Source: Octopus vulgaris (lineage: Eukaryota). From it: a DNA stretch of 64,000 nt. Below, piece by piece: positions 25,690 through 39,447 of this stretch. Made by a program: the position numbers and the translations under genes. The notes under the pieces are model-generated. The model made no database searches, had not been told where the DNA came from, and worked only from the letters and a program-made list of their open reading frames with translations. How positions within the stretch are numbered: position 1 is the first letter of the stretch; each line of letters opens with the position of its first letter. The stretch covers positions 24,986,001 through 25,050,000 of the forward strand of contig OX597833.1 in NCBI GenBank assembly GCA_951406725.2. Reading direction: 5' to 3'.

Positions 25690-26924
25690 GAATTCCCTAA
25701 AAGGGCAGGGGAGGCCTACGAGTGCTGCTCGTGGTAACTCGACAAACCATGGTCATCCTGACCACTAAAACAAATGTTTTCCCAATTCACCTATTTCCCT
25801 GTTCACTTTCCCGGGTCTGTAGGCGCATGCTCCGAGCAAAACCGTTCACTCATCGTCCCTCTCACTCACTTTGCAACAAATTCGATGAGGCTGCCCTGAT
25901 TTTCCTTCTCAAGTGAAACTTGGTAAACCTGATAATGAATATGTCTGATTTCAGGACTAACAGTCTTCTTCAACATAGACTCTCTTTCGTCAAAGCCACA
26001 AGACAGATTACTCTGCTAGTCCTTTGCGGCGAAAGTAAGACAGTGACATGATCTCATCTCTATACGGAGCAACCAGTGTTTTAAAGAATTCCACGAGTCA
26101 ACAATATTTGAGCACTTCAGGAGTGCATGCTGAATAGTTATGTTGCTTGCGCCCATTTAAGGTGAGTATGAATGACAAATCTTACTTGACTGCAGAGCTT
26201 ATCCCATACCAATAGAGTGCCTCGGGAACACTGTCAGGTCAGAGACATTTTGGATTTATGTATTAGTTCTAGACCCAAAGTTCTTCATAACAGCCCAGGC
26301 TGTTGATTTTCATCGACGGCCTTTGTGTCCCTGAATGAAGCAGAATGGAACTTCCACAGACCGGATTGACCTACGTGTTGAGGGCTTTGGACATTTGATG
26401 GAACTAGGTGCCAGGTATCCTACTTTACTCTATACTTGATGAAATCGATGAACTGAAGTAAAGCGAGTCTGAAAAACTGACCACGACTGCCCACCATCAA
26501 GGAAACGCTGAAGATGCCGCAGACAAAGCGTATCATCAGACCCGGCATGCCCGATCTTCCTGGCAGCAGATGTTGAACTGGAGCACAATAGTCAGTTGAT
26601 AATACATGACGGACGAGATGAAGCTGTTCCTCAATTTTGTCTTGGTTGTCGACCATGTGGAAAACTTTCAGTTGATCTAAAGAACCATTTCAGATTCATT
26701 TTCATCATCACCATGATGTATCCAACGAGTTGGGGTTTGCCATGGATAGGTCTATTCGGAAAGAAACATGTTTGCACATTACTGATCAGACCATACTTCG
26801 CTAATGCCTTGTCCAAAATTTTGAGATCTGTGGTTAATACATTTAAGGACCGAAAATTGTCTCTGTGATCCCTTTGTTTGTGTCTTTTCTCAATAGCGCA
26901 ATCGGTTCGCTTGACCATCTTGCT
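25690..26924 (-). mobile_element. Decayed Tx1/L1-like LINE (RT fragment + C-terminus)
   Basis: DNFRSLNVLTTDLKILDKALAK..LISNVQTCFFPNRPIH matches Tx1/L1 RT motifs; the C-terminal part is homologous to 41785-42230. Confidence 0.65.
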
Positions 26925-27057
26925 GTCTTCTTCTTCTTCTTCTTCTTCTTCTTCTTCTTCTTCTTCTTCTTCTTCTTCTTCTTCTTCTTCTTCTTCTTCT
27001 TCTTCTTCTTCTTCTTCTTCTTCTTCTTCTTCTTCTTCTTCTTCTTCTTCTTCTTCT
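26925..27057. repeat. (TTC)n microsatellite
   Basis: Direct reading. Confidence 0.98.
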
Positions 27058-27334
27058 AATCAGGACTCACGCCATTAGCCACAAAGAATAATCTCAAATT
27101 CGAGCCTACTCTAAGCTACTAAGAATGCGTGTGGCAACTTGAAGATCCACCCACCGCATGTGATAGACTGGCGGTTGCACGGGCGCGAAAGCTACGTTGT
27201 TATTCTCATACCGTAAACGGTGGCTTTTAACGGGTGGAGAGCTGAACCATCCTAGGGTACAGAGGATTCGCAATCTAGACTAGGGTCTGAAAGTTTTACC
27301 GCACCATAGTGGGTTACACCATGGTTTCTCTGCT

Positions 27335-27537
27335 TTGTAGCGTAAGTAGGAAGAAAGAGTGAGAGAAAGTTGTGTTGAAAGAGTACAGTGGGGTTCACCA
27401 CCCCTCCCCGCGGGAGCCTCTTGGACCTTAGGTGTTTTTTCTCAATAAACTCTCACAATGCCCGGTCTGGAAATCGAAACCGATTTCTTACAACCGCGTG
27501 TCCGCTGTTCTAACCACTGGGCCATTGCGCCTCCACA
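27335..27537 (-). mobile_element. tRNA-derived SINE family C
   Basis: Head GTGGAGGCGCAATGGCCCAGTGGTTAG (A box) and GGTTTCGATTTCC (B box). Confidence 0.75.
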
Positions 27538-27781
27538 CCTGTTGCTGTTGGTTGCGCTTTTTCTATTGTTGTTCTCATTGTCGTTGTTGCTGGTTACTGT
27601 TGTCTGCAGTAGCTGTGGTTCTTGTTTTATTTTTCTTGTAGTTACTACTTATGTTGCTGCTACTATTGCTGATTATTGCGTCAGGTTTAGTGATAGGAAG
27701 CGTTGACAACGAGCGATAGCTTCACCCTCAAAATTACCTCCTACCTCTCTCTCTTGCTGGTTCTTCAGCAACAAGGAATTT

Positions 27782-30620
27782 TAATAATAATAATAATAAT
27801 AATTGTGTACAGTGCTCAGGTGCACTACAACTCATCTAAAGTGTATATATAATCAGGTGAAGTTTCGGCGGATTTCGGAAAGCATGAGGGCCTTAAAAGA
27901 TGCAGTGTCATGGCAGTCAACAACTGACGCAGGCAGTTTATTCCATGCTTCAGCAACTCTGAGCGTGAAAAAATGTTTCCGAAAGTCATGGGAGCTGTAT
28001 TGTTTTCTGACTTTGTAGGCATGTCCACGTGTGTTAGACACATGGAGATCAAAAAGGTGTTCAGTGTTGTTGTTGGTGAGGTGGTTGATAACTTTGTGGG
28101 TGTTTACCAAGTCCGTCGCCAAACGCCGGAGCTTCAGTGAATCCATGCCCAGGGAAACAAGGCGCTCAGAATATGGTAGGTGTCTGATGGAGGGTATGCG
28201 TTTGGTTGCACGTCTCTGGACAGATTCCAGGAGGTCAATGTTCTGTGCAAGATAGGGGTTCCAAACTGATGATGCGAATTCCAAGTGTGGTCGTACCATA
28301 GCTGTATACAGTTTTAAATAGATGGCTGGAGAGCGGCTAACAAAAGACCTGCTGAGTGATGCCAAGACACCCTCGGCCTTCCTGACAATCTTAGAGATAT
28401 GCTTTGACCAACGCAAATCACTGCTGACAGTGATGCCTAGGTCACGCTCGCAAGAGGATTTCTTGATATCAGTGTTGTGGAGGGAGTATGTGAACGCAGG
28501 GTTTTTTCTCCCAAAATGCATGGTGGTACACTTGTCCACAGCCAGTTTCAGTTGCCAGTCTGTGATCCATTGCTGCATTGTGTCTAGGTCTGATTGCAGG
28601 AAAGAGTTGTAGACATCAGGATCTGTCCTCTTGATTTCAAGGTACAGCTTGATGTCGTCTGCATATTTCAATACTGTGGCATTCTTTAAATTGGCATCTA
28701 TGTCGTTAATGTATGCCACAAACAAGAGGGGGCCAAGGACAGATCCCTGTGGTACACCCGATGACATCTCATATGGTGTAGAGTGCTGTCCTAGAACTGT
28801 GACTACCTCCTTTCGGCTGAGGATGAAGGATTTCAACCAGTTAAAAAGGTCATCCCCCACACCCATTGCAGAGAGTTTCACCATAAGCCTTTTGTGTGGC
28901 ACAGAGTTGAAAGCCTTAGCAAAGTCAAGGTAGACAACATCCACCCATGAGCCACTGTCAGTAATCTGAGTAATGTCCTCAAGGAACTCGACAAGCTGGT
29001 CACTGCAGCTGGAGTTAGGGACAAATCCATATTGTGAGGGTCGGATGAGACTGTGAGAGCTCCAGAAGTTCCAGAGTGTTTCTCTGACACACGATTCCAT
29101 CAGTTTTGCAATACAGCTAGTGAGACTGACTGGGCGATAGTTGACAGGTGATGTGCGGTCGCCCTTTTTGAACAGAGGAATGACACTGGCAGTTTTCCAC
29201 TGCTCCGGAGTAGCACCATTGTTGAGACAGTACTGGAAGAAAATAGAAAGCTGGTGTAAAAGGAAGTGCCTGCCACGTTTGAGAAGCAGGTATGTAACTC
29301 CATCGAGACCAGGGGAGGCATAGTTGCGCTTATTTTGAAGGTGACGTCGCAGCATTGCAGGTGTAAATTCCATAGTTGTTATGGAGTTTGCTGTTAGTGA
29401 TGGTGAAGATGGTACATTTTGACTTTCAACAGTGAATATGTTTGCATAGCACTCGGCAATGAGTTCTGCGCATTCCTTGGGGTCGTCAGTGATCTGGTTT
29501 GTGTGAGGGTTGCGAAGAGGGCCCACTGGAGAGTGAGGTCTCTGCTTTGAGTGCACATATTTCCAGAAAACCTTGCTGTCAGGATTGGCTGCTATGCACT
29601 GTTCAAATTCAAGCACTGCTTTTTTTGTCACTTGCTTGAGATGGTTGGAGGATTTATTCCGCTTCTTCCTGTTGGTGTCTGATTTATGCAACCTGTATTC
29701 CCGTTCAGCAGTCCGACGTTCCCTCCTGGCAAGTCGGACCGCTGAAGTTTCCCAAATTGCCCTTTTGGGGCGGTTCTTCTTTTTTTGTTTACGTGGCACT
29801 GATGCTGCACATGCTGCCCATATTGAGTCCAGGATACTCTGGAGTATAGTATTCACATCTCCAGAGTTGTAGAATTCACGCCAGTTTGGGTGCTGTAGTT
29901 CAGTGTGGTACAGGTTCCAATCTGCTCTCTTCCAATCGAAGGAAGCAGATTGGAGATGGTTCAGGTTTTTGTTGCCCGCAAGAGCCAGATTGGCGATGAT
30001 CATAGCATGATCAGAGTCACCTAGAGGTTCCTCCGTAGTGCAATTGATAACCGCTTCAGGAGTTGTGGTGAAGAGCAGGTCCAAGGTGTTGTCGCCTCTT
30101 GTTGGAGAGGTGACTACTTGTGACCAGTTTGAGTCCAGCACAAGCTCAACAAAATCGTTTGCACTCTGTGGCCAATGGAAGGTCTCCCAATCGATCTCAG
30201 GATGATTGAAATCGCCTGCAATAAACACATAAGTGGCTGTTTTCCTGGCAGCAGCTCGGAGGACATTGCAAAGCTGTGTGTCCCGATGGTAACTTGGGGG
30301 ACGATAAACAACGCCAAGCAGGAGTGTTGACATGGTCATACGCACGTCACAGAAAAAAACTTCTTCTTGTGATTCGTTCAAATCGGCACAAGGAATTACC
30401 AAAAAATTTGAACGAACGTAGACCATCACACCACCACCACGGCGGTTAGTGCGGTCCTTACGGAAGAGGTTGTACCCCGTAATGTTGAAAACCCCATCAC
30501 AGAGTAAGGAATGCGCCCATGTTTCCGTGACAGTGATGAAGTCAGGGTCAACACTTCTGACGTAGGCGTTGAACAAATGTATTTTGTTGCATAAACTGCG
30601 AGCATTTAAGGACAACAATT
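27782..30620 (-). mobile_element. Young CR1-like LINE, lacking ORF1/5'UTR, with 3' stem-loop and (ATT)n tail
   Basis: Uninterrupted ORF2; short 3'UTR with TGTAGTGC/GCACTGTA stem followed by (ATT)n. Confidence 0.92.
27853..30618 (-). CDS. LINE ORF2: APE endonuclease + reverse transcriptase (921 aa, no ATG start)
   Basis: APE motifs NARSL, ITVTETW, YRPP, GDFN, LDL, SDH; RT motifs NYRPVSL, QYGF, LDFAKAF, GVPQGSVLGPLLF, YADD; C-terminal RGH..K, WNKLP. Confidence 0.95.
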   Translation of the reverse strand: MLSLNARSLCNKIHLFNAYVRSVDPDFITVTETWAHSLLCDGVFNITGYNLFRKDRTNRRGGGVMVYVRSNFLVIPCADLNESQEEVFFCDVRMTMSTLLLGVVYRPPSYHRDTQLCNVLRAAARKTATYVFIAGDFNHPEIDWETFHWPQSANDFVELVLDSNWSQVVTSPTRGDNTLDLLFTTTPEAVINCTTEEPLGDSDHAMIIANLALAGNKNLNHLQSASFDWKRADWNLYHTELQHPNWREFYNSGDVNTILQSILDSIWAACAASVPRKQKKKNRPKRAIWETSAVRLARRERRTAEREYRLHKSDTNRKKRNKSSNHLKQVTKKAVLEFEQCIAANPDSKVFWKYVHSKQRPHSPVGPLRNPHTNQITDDPKECAELIAECYANIFTVESQNVPSSPSLTANSITTMEFTPAMLRRHLQNKRNYASPGLDGVTYLLLKRGRHFLLHQLSIFFQYCLNNGATPEQWKTASVIPLFKKGDRTSPVNYRPVSLTSCIAKLMESCVRETLWNFWSSHSLIRPSQYGFVPNSSCSDQLVEFLEDITQITDSGSWVDVVYLDFAKAFNSVPHKRLMVKLSAMGVGDDLFNWLKSFILSRKEVVTVLGQHSTPYEMSSGVPQGSVLGPLLFVAYINDIDANLKNATVLKYADDIKLYLEIKRTDPDVYNSFLQSDLDTMQQWITDWQLKLAVDKCTTMHFGRKNPAFTYSLHNTDIKKSSCERDLGITVSSDLRWSKHISKIVRKAEGVLASLSRSFVSRSPAIYLKLYTAMVRPHLEFASSVWNPYLAQNIDLLESVQRRATKRIPSIRHLPYSERLVSLGMDSLKLRRLATDLVNTHKVINHLTNNNTEHLFDLHVSNTRGHAYKVRKQYSSHDFRKHFFTLRVAEAWNKLPASVVDCHDTASFKALMLSEIRRNFT

Positions 30621-31059
30621 TGTTTAGAAGTAAATGTTTAGAAGTAATTGTGAAAAATTTGCCTTTGCTTTGAAAAGCTTTCCTAAATAGATAAAAACAT
30701 GGAATTAACCTCGGCGGAATTTGAACTCAGAACGTAAAAGGAAAAGCGGTATTAACCTGGTCGGCTTCATATCAACATAGAATCAACAAATGCATTCCTT
30801 TAAAAAGGAAAGAAGTCAAATTCAGGGAGCTTTCAAAAGATTCAGTTACGGTGATGACGGCAACAACAAGAACAGCAGTGACAACAATAGCACCATCACC
30901 GCCGCCACCACTACCACCGCCGCCACCACCGCCGCCGCCACCACCACCACCACCACTACCACCACCTCATCCCCCCTCCATCCCACCCGACAACAGCATG
31001 GACAATAACAACAAAAGGGAAAATAAAAAAAATAATGATAATTGTTATAGGAATAAGGG

Positions 31060-31514
31060 TTGAAAGTGGGGAGAGGTTTAGTTGATTAATTCGACTTTCG
31101 GAAGATGACCTGTACTCTAAGAATGAAAAGTAAATTTAACTACGGTAGGATTTGAAATCAGAATATAAAGAGATGGAACAAATACCGCAAGACATTTCCT
31201 CTGAAGTATTAACGATTCTTATTTCTTTATTGCCCACAAGAGATTAAACATAGAGGGGAAAAACAAGGACATACAAAGGGATTAAGTCGATTACATCGAC
31301 CCCAGTGAGTAATTGGTACTTAATTTATCGACCCTGAAAAGATGAATGGCAAAATCGACCTCGGCCGAATTTGAACTAAGGTAAAGACAGACGATATACC
31401 TGTCTGTTTCAGATCCTTGCTGTGACTTGAACAAACAGTACAAACCCCCGGTAGATACACTCTCTTCAATCAACAACCTCATGAAATTGTATATTGTGAT
31501 ACGTCTAGAATAAC

Positions 31515-31564
<50 letters not shown>

Positions 31565-31587
31565 CAACAACAACAACAACAACAATA

Positions 31588-31663
<76 letters not shown>

Positions 31664-32310
31664 CAAATTTTGGCGCAAGGCCAGCAAGTTCAGGGGAGGC
31701 GGTGAATCGATTACGTTGATCCAGTACTCAACTGCTACTTATTTTATCGACCCCGAAATGACGAAGTCGAATTTGAACGTAGAACGTAAGGACGGACGAA
31801 ACACCGGTGAGCATTTGCCCCGACGTGCCGTAACAAGAAGAAGAAGAAGAACAACAACAGTAATAATTCCTTTTTTACCACAATGACAATGACGTGAGAA
31901 GACATTACAAATAGATGTTGCGGCTCAGTTACGGAGAATAATAAAAATAATCAATTTTATATAAACACAAGTTCCGAGACTTGGTAAGAGGGAAAATTCC
32001 ATTGCGTAGATCACTAGCGAAGAACATGTACCTTATTTTATCGACTCCAGAAAGATAAAAAAAACGACATAAGTGAGATCTGAACTCAGAACCGTAAAGA
32101 ACTGTAACTATATACTGCATGACATTTTGTTCAATGTTCTAATAATTATGAGAATACTGATATTGACACAAAGAAGCACATTTAGAGGGGAGGTGGGCGG
32201 TAAGAGTCGATTATATCGATTCCAATACTTGTCTGATATTTGTTTTATCGACATCAGCATCATGAAAAACAAAACTGACCTCGGTGGAATTTGAAATCAG
32301 AACATTAATG
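31060..32310 (-). mobile_element. Cluster of decayed SINE family A copies interspersed with (AAT)n/(GAT)n
   Basis: Repeated TATCGACCCCGAAA / GACCTCGGCGGAATTTGAA-like motifs at ~31130, 31325-31378, 31658-31830, 32035-32100, 32240-32305. Confidence 0.75.
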
Positions 32311-33714
32311 TTCCTTATTAAATAACACAATCAAAAATTATCAGCTTCCGCTGCTGACCGGCGATCAGAAGAAAAGAACTTATTGATTTCGAACATCGAC
32401 TAAACGCAAGAAATTAATAGGGGAAATATACAGTTAATGTAATCGAACACAACATTTGAGTGGTGCTTTGTTTTACCAATCTCGAAAGGAAAAGAAAAAA
32501 ATTCAGATTATTTGAACTTTCAAGTACTTAAGCACCACATATTGCCAAGTGCTCTGATAAATAAAATTGACTTGTAATAACGGCGCAAAGCATGAAAAAG
32601 TTTTACAAGAGGCTTGAGTCGATTTAACTTCGAAATAGCAATCAAATTTCCCCCAAATCACTCTATACTGACGCAAATGACTAAACGACGCATTATATAT
32701 GGTTGTTTTAGATACTGTTATAAAGAACAGAATGGAATATCAGCCTAACATGTAATCATACAATCGCTGAGCTAAGCTTATACAATGACGTCAGCAGGAA
32801 AAGCTGATCTGGTACTATATTTAATTGACTCTTAGACAAAGGTAAAGTATATCCCACTTCCGATTGCCTTCAAATATAGACGTAAGGGGAAAGCAACTTA
32901 ACAGAAAGAGAAAGACTTAATCCGTTAGGCTATCCTGGTATTCACTGCCTTAATTGGGTTTCCGTTTTAACGATCGTTAAAGTATTTAAACTGTGAATAG
33001 CTGTGTGTTTAAAAAGTCAACATCGCAACTACTAAGTTCCGATTTGTATACGGAGGCCTAGAATAACCAATAAGTCGAACGGAAAAATTGTTAATCGGCG
33101 CAGCTCATTGCGTTTAAACGTCACTGAAGTCAAATCTGCCTTTATCCTCTCGAGGTTATTAATACTGGTACAGCCGAATACTGGCACAGCTTAGTGTCAT
33201 TCCGGCTGTTACATCTTGGAAGTTACGTTGTTTTACCACTGGAAGATGGTGAAGTCCTATGTTTGCTCTACATGGTATTTAAATCAATTAACAATTAACA
33301 AAAGCTTGGTACATTTAATTAGGCCATAACCAATTTCCAGTGATGGTCATGGTTTTAGATTCGAGTCAGCCAAAGCATGGTTGATGAGATTTGAAAAAGG
33401 AAAACTATGTTGTAGCCCGTCGGAGGGACCATTTCGGACCTTAATTGGCAATTAAAGTTATCCGAGGCTTTAAAACCATCTCCTCATCGATGAGTGAATT
33501 TAGGGTGTTGTATAGGATGTATTATAGTTACACCTTTACTCTGCAGATATATATATATGTTACCATCGACAACCATCCGAAGGTATGAGAAAGTCTGTGA
33601 GGGCTCCCATGTATCTTCTGAGGAAGCAATTCAAGGAGCAGATGACTAAACAATCCAATTCGCACAATGATCTTCCGTTCCATTACTAACAGTCCTATCT
33701 ACATAAGCGAGTTC

Positions 33715-34230
<516 letters not shown>

Positions 34231-34779
34231 TGCATGTAAGTATAAACAGATGCGCTCATATATTGCACACATTAATCTACAGTTTGCTCACCTAAATTTG
34301 AAGCCAATCATTTTAGATACAGGAAGTTAATTCTTGCAGAACGGATGTTATGGTCGAAGAATTATTAAAATTGAATTTTCGTGTTGTCAGAGATGTTATG
34401 CTTCTTGTAGTTGATTTTTGTTGATATTGAAGTTGCTGTCACTCCTACCATAAGCTATATATACGTATGTACGTGTGTGTGTATGTATGTATGTATGTAT
34501 GTATGTATGTATGTATGTATGTATGTATGTATGTATGTATGCATTTATGTATGTATATATGTATGTATGTATTTACGTGCATGTAAGTATCTGTGTATAT
34601 GTATGTGTATACATATATTTATATATATGAATATCTATATATATTTATACATGTATGTATATATTGCTTGTGCATTTGTGCATGCGTGTGAGTGTGTGTA
34701 TTTATATATGTGGATATTTGTATGTGCATCCATTTGTATATATTCGGATGGATGTTATGTGTATGTTTTTGTATGTAGC

Positions 34780-35353
34780 CGCTAATGCATCGTTTCAGTA
34801 GTAACTTATGTGTCTATTTAAAAGTATGTCTGTAAATATACGAATGTATATATATATATACAAACGCACATATTCATATATACATATATATGTATGTCTT
34901 TATGTATGTATGCGTGTTGCGTGTGTATGCATATGCATATATGCATGAATGTATATATGTGTATATTTGTATATGATTTATAGTTATGTGAGTGTGCATG
35001 TGTACAAGTGTGTATTTGTCAGTGTCTAAATTCATATATGATAGTACTTGCACTTCACACATATAGCAGCGCTAATGCATCTTTTCAGTAGTAACTTATG
35101 TGTCTATTTAAAAGTATGTCTGTAAATATACGAATGTATATATATATATACAAACGCACATATTCATATATACATATATATGTATGTCTTTATGTATGTA
35201 TGCTTGTTGCGTGTGTATGCATATGCATATATGCATGAATGTATATATGTGTATATTTGTATATGATTTATAGTTATGTGAGTGTGCATGTGTACAAGTG
35301 TGTATTTGTCAGTGTCTAAATTCATATATGATAGTACTTGCACTTCACACATA
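34780..35353. repeat. Near-identical tandem duplication, period 290 bp
   Basis: CGCTAATGCATC...CACTTCACACATA at 34780-35063 and 35070-35353. Confidence 0.95.
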
Positions 35354-35413
35354 CATACGCACGCATACATACGCACGCATACATACGCACGCACACATAC
35401 ACACACGACACAT

Positions 35414-35447
<34 letters not shown>

Positions 35448-35671
35448 GCAAAACTATATATAGATATATATTTGCACATACATATACGTTTGGAGTGTGT
35501 ATGTGTGTGTGTCTATGAATGCAATCGTATATGTGTGTGTGTATATATACATACATATACTTGTACAAACATATATATATATCCACACACAATATAATAT
35601 ATATATATTTATATATATATATATATATATATATACATACATATACATACATATGTATATATATATATATT

Positions 35672-35745
<74 letters not shown>

Positions 35746-35763
35746 CATACATACATACATACA

Positions 35764-35794
<31 letters not shown>

Positions 35795-36049
35795 GCATGA
35801 ACGTATATATATTTTGTAATTTATTAATTTTAATTAACTATTTACAGAAACAAATTTATAATATTTCAGAAAAAGAATGCCACCCAATTAAAAGTTAATG
35901 AATGCATTAATGAAAGGCGATAAAAGCACACAGCAACGTTTGCCATTTTTATCTCTTCCATTAAGACAGTATTTAGCCCCACCCGTTCACCTGTCTGAGC
36001 ACAATTAAAAAATTAGAAAGAAAACAACATTCTCCGACACATATCTTAA

Positions 36050-36444
36050 GTCTTTTATCTATTTCTTAACGTTATTAATTGGACTGCAGCTGTGCTGGTT
36101 CTCCAGATAAAGGGCCGTGGTCAAAGAAAACAGCCTCAGGACAATTTTTAATTCTGGCTCGTCATGTTCACTTTCTCCGAACCTCTAATTTTACGGGGAC
36201 GTAAGCAATCCAACAGCGGTTGTCAACACAAAGACACACACAAACTTATACACGCGCATAAATATACGCCCAGCAACTACACGTTCTTTATTATATCTCC
36301 TTGTTTGTTTCTGTGTTCCTTTCTGTGGAAGAGCATAGGCTGAAACATTAAAGACTTTTTCACTTCCCGAGTGTTAAAGTAATACATCTGTTTGTTGTCT
36401 ATACCATCTCTCTTCGCCTTTTGTTTTTTTTTTGTGAATTCTCC

Positions 36445-36490
<46 letters not shown>

Positions 36491-36810
36491 TCATATATGT
36501 ATATATATATATATATACAAATAAAGATACATACGTATGCATATATACATACATACACACACGCATGCACACACACACACACACGCACATATATATATGT
36601 ATGTATATATGTATATATGTGTGTATATGGCGAGTTTCCACAGTTTCCGTCTACCAAATTCATTCAAATTTGTTCACCATACGGCTAATTTGTTCACCGT
36701 GGGGCTATATTAGAAAGCACTTTCCAAATGTAAGGTGTTGTGCTGTGGGACTGATCTAGAAAACTGGTGGGTTCAAAGCAAACATCCTAATCACACAGCC
36801 ATGCCTGCGT
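36050..36810 (-). mobile_element. Decayed SINE family B split by a pLTR-like insertion (36277-36450) and microsatellites
   Basis: 3' part 36050-36240 and head 36620-36810 align with 44892-45260. Confidence 0.6.
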
Positions 36811-36979
36811 ATATATTGAAAAGACCTGATAGATTGTCATTTTCCAGTTATTTAGTAGACTAAAACATCTCTAAGGGACGTTGAACATTTGAAAACTAGG
36901 TAAAAACCAAGAGTCTATGTATCTGCTAATTAAAACTATAATCATAATTAACTGAAGGCTGTGTCCTACCGCTTGAGTT

Positions 36980-37240
36980 TCACATCACTGCGATCTCCAG
37001 TTAAGTAATGTTTCACTTTCAATCTTTGTATTTTATCGATTATTTATTGGACATCTTTACAAAGTTCTGATAATATTAGAATCCCGTGCATGCTTTTCGC
37101 ATTTAGCTGTTGATATTGGAAACTCGTCAGTGTCTTCTTGCTTCTTTGAAGGCGAAGTACTTAGGCATTACTATACTGCACATTCAAAAGCAACGATTAC
37201 ACAGTGCTTCATCATTTGCTCAGTCAAACTCATGTCTCAT
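36980..37240 (-). mobile_element. hAT transposase C-terminal dimerisation-domain relic
   Basis: FPISTAKCEKHARDSNIIRTL resembles the P.STA.CER.FS..N.I.T motif. Confidence 0.4.
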
Positions 37241-37332
37241 ATTATTTACCTGACAATTAAGTTAAAATGAAAAAGATAAAAAAGAAAGTTAGAGCTCTTC
37301 AAAGTGGAGTCCTAAAAAACTGATATATTCTG

Positions 37333-37371
<39 letters not shown>

Positions 37372-37477
37372 ATATGCATATATATATATATATATACATA
37401 TGCATATATATATATATATACACACATATACATATATATATACATACACATACATACATATATACGTTATATATATA

Positions 37478-37519
<42 letters not shown>

Positions 37520-37526
<7 letters not shown>

Positions 37527-37735
37527 TTGTGTGTCTGTGTTTGACCTCTTACCATTATTCGACAACCGATGTTGTGTGTTTACATATCCGTAACGTAGTG
37601 GTTAGGCAAAAACATCGATGAATACGTCCGATAGAATTAGGACCGATAGAATAAGTCCTGGGTTCAATTTGTTCAACTCAAGTTTGTGCTTCAGCATGGC
37701 CCCAGTCTAATGATTGAAAAAGTAAAAAATAAAAG
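37520..37735 (+). mobile_element. SINE family B 3' half
   Basis: GACAACCGATG...GACCGATAGAATAAG...CAGCATGGCC...GTAAAA. Confidence 0.7.
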
Positions 37736-37745
37736 AACACACACT

Positions 37746-37776
<31 letters not shown>

Positions 37777-38049
37777 GTAATATTAAATATTAGCGACCCA
37801 AAGATATATTTTTATATCGATCTGAACATGGAGGCCGTGTTAGAACACCGAATACGGTGCGTCATTAGCCTTGAGAGATCCTTTTATATGGACGCTTGGT
37901 GCATAAAATTACACACATTGTTCGTAGCACACGAAATTCGTCTATCATGGGTACTTGAATTCACATATCACGTGATTTATTCTATTGAAACTCATTAGAG
38001 GGAAGCACTGGTGATCGCATGCCAATCAAATCTCTGTGCTACGATATTC

Positions 38050-38420
38050 AGAAGTTCAGTAGGTTGTCAGACGGTGATGTCGCAAATAGCTATCAGGTTT
38101 GTTAAAAATCAATTATTAGCGAAGGAAGCAGTTACGACAGCCAAATTCGTGCTTTCAAGAGGGGAATGTGCGATGGAGTTGCTTCCATGAACTGGCCCTG
38201 ATTGAAGACCTTCAATTCGTAAAAGAGATGTAAGTGAAAAATTCTGACATCCAAGGCCAATGCAAGCCGCTTGACGAAGGCAAAGAAACCTCCAAACAAT
38301 CTGAAGAATTCTCTTTCTTTGGGAATGTTCTGGCTCTTCGCAGATGAAAAGAACTCATACCGGCAGCTGATGGCTCTCGGACCGACACCGGTCCGCGGAC
38401 CACCATTTTGAGAGGCAGTG
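38050..38420 (+). mobile_element. Tc1/mariner (maT-like) transposase fragment joined to a hAT-Charlie-type terminus
   Basis: MFWLFADEKNS (first catalytic D motif); 38378-38419 reads CACTGCCTCTCAAAATGGTGGTCCGCGGACC on minus, like MER5/Charlie ends. Confidence 0.5.
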
Positions 38421-39060
38421 GCTTAAAGAATATATAGTATTTGCGAGTGGAGATAGCTTTCGTCACTAGCAAGTGGTTGTGTCACCCGAGGTCGGATAAC
38501 ATCCAGAAACCTAGGTCTGTGTGTATCACGTAAGGGAGCGATGGCATCCCTTGCAAATGCTATACGCGGGCACAAACTGGAACAGATGTTTTCCTGTGGC
38601 TAAAACGACAGTAACATCGTCCTTGATAATACTACTAAGTTATGTTGGCATATAAACATTACTGGGCCCTCCCTGTTTATATTGGTTTAGTTTGGTCTGT
38701 TGTATGTCCTGTTTATGTTACCGACTTCGACCCTCTGCAAATCCCAAATTTTATTTTGGTTCGCGGGAGCAACTACCTTCAAAGTCTTATCTTGTCGTTC
38801 ATTGCTCTAAATAAGGAGTAAAAGGACAGCCGACAACTGATGAAGGGTCATTTTTATGTCGTCTTATTTTTCATTGTTTCTCTCGTTCTTTGCGTTATCT
38901 TTCTCGTTATTTTCGTATTTCATGTTGTTTACGTTTTGTGTACCCATATATGCATACCTATATACATACATATGAATGTATGTACATATGTGTGTATATA
39001 TGCATATATATATATTATTGATATTGAGAAAAAGAGAGATTGACAGAGAGAAAGAGAGAT

Positions 39061-39095
<35 letters not shown>

Positions 39096-39244
39096 AATGT
39101 AATATGTGACAATTATTCGGTAACCATGATAAAACTCCGAGTCTCTTCAGTTATCCGGCCATCGATTACATTTATAGATAAATTCCTCTATTTACATGAT
39201 ATCGAGTTCTGTTTCTTTCTTTTGTTGTCTAACCGTTTTTATCG

Positions 39245-39444
<200 letters not shown>

Positions 39445-39447
39445 ATA

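Noticed and set aside
39110-39155. Possible hammerhead on minus strand (CTGAAGA...CCGAATA)
   Set aside because: No GAAA and no convincing stems I and III.
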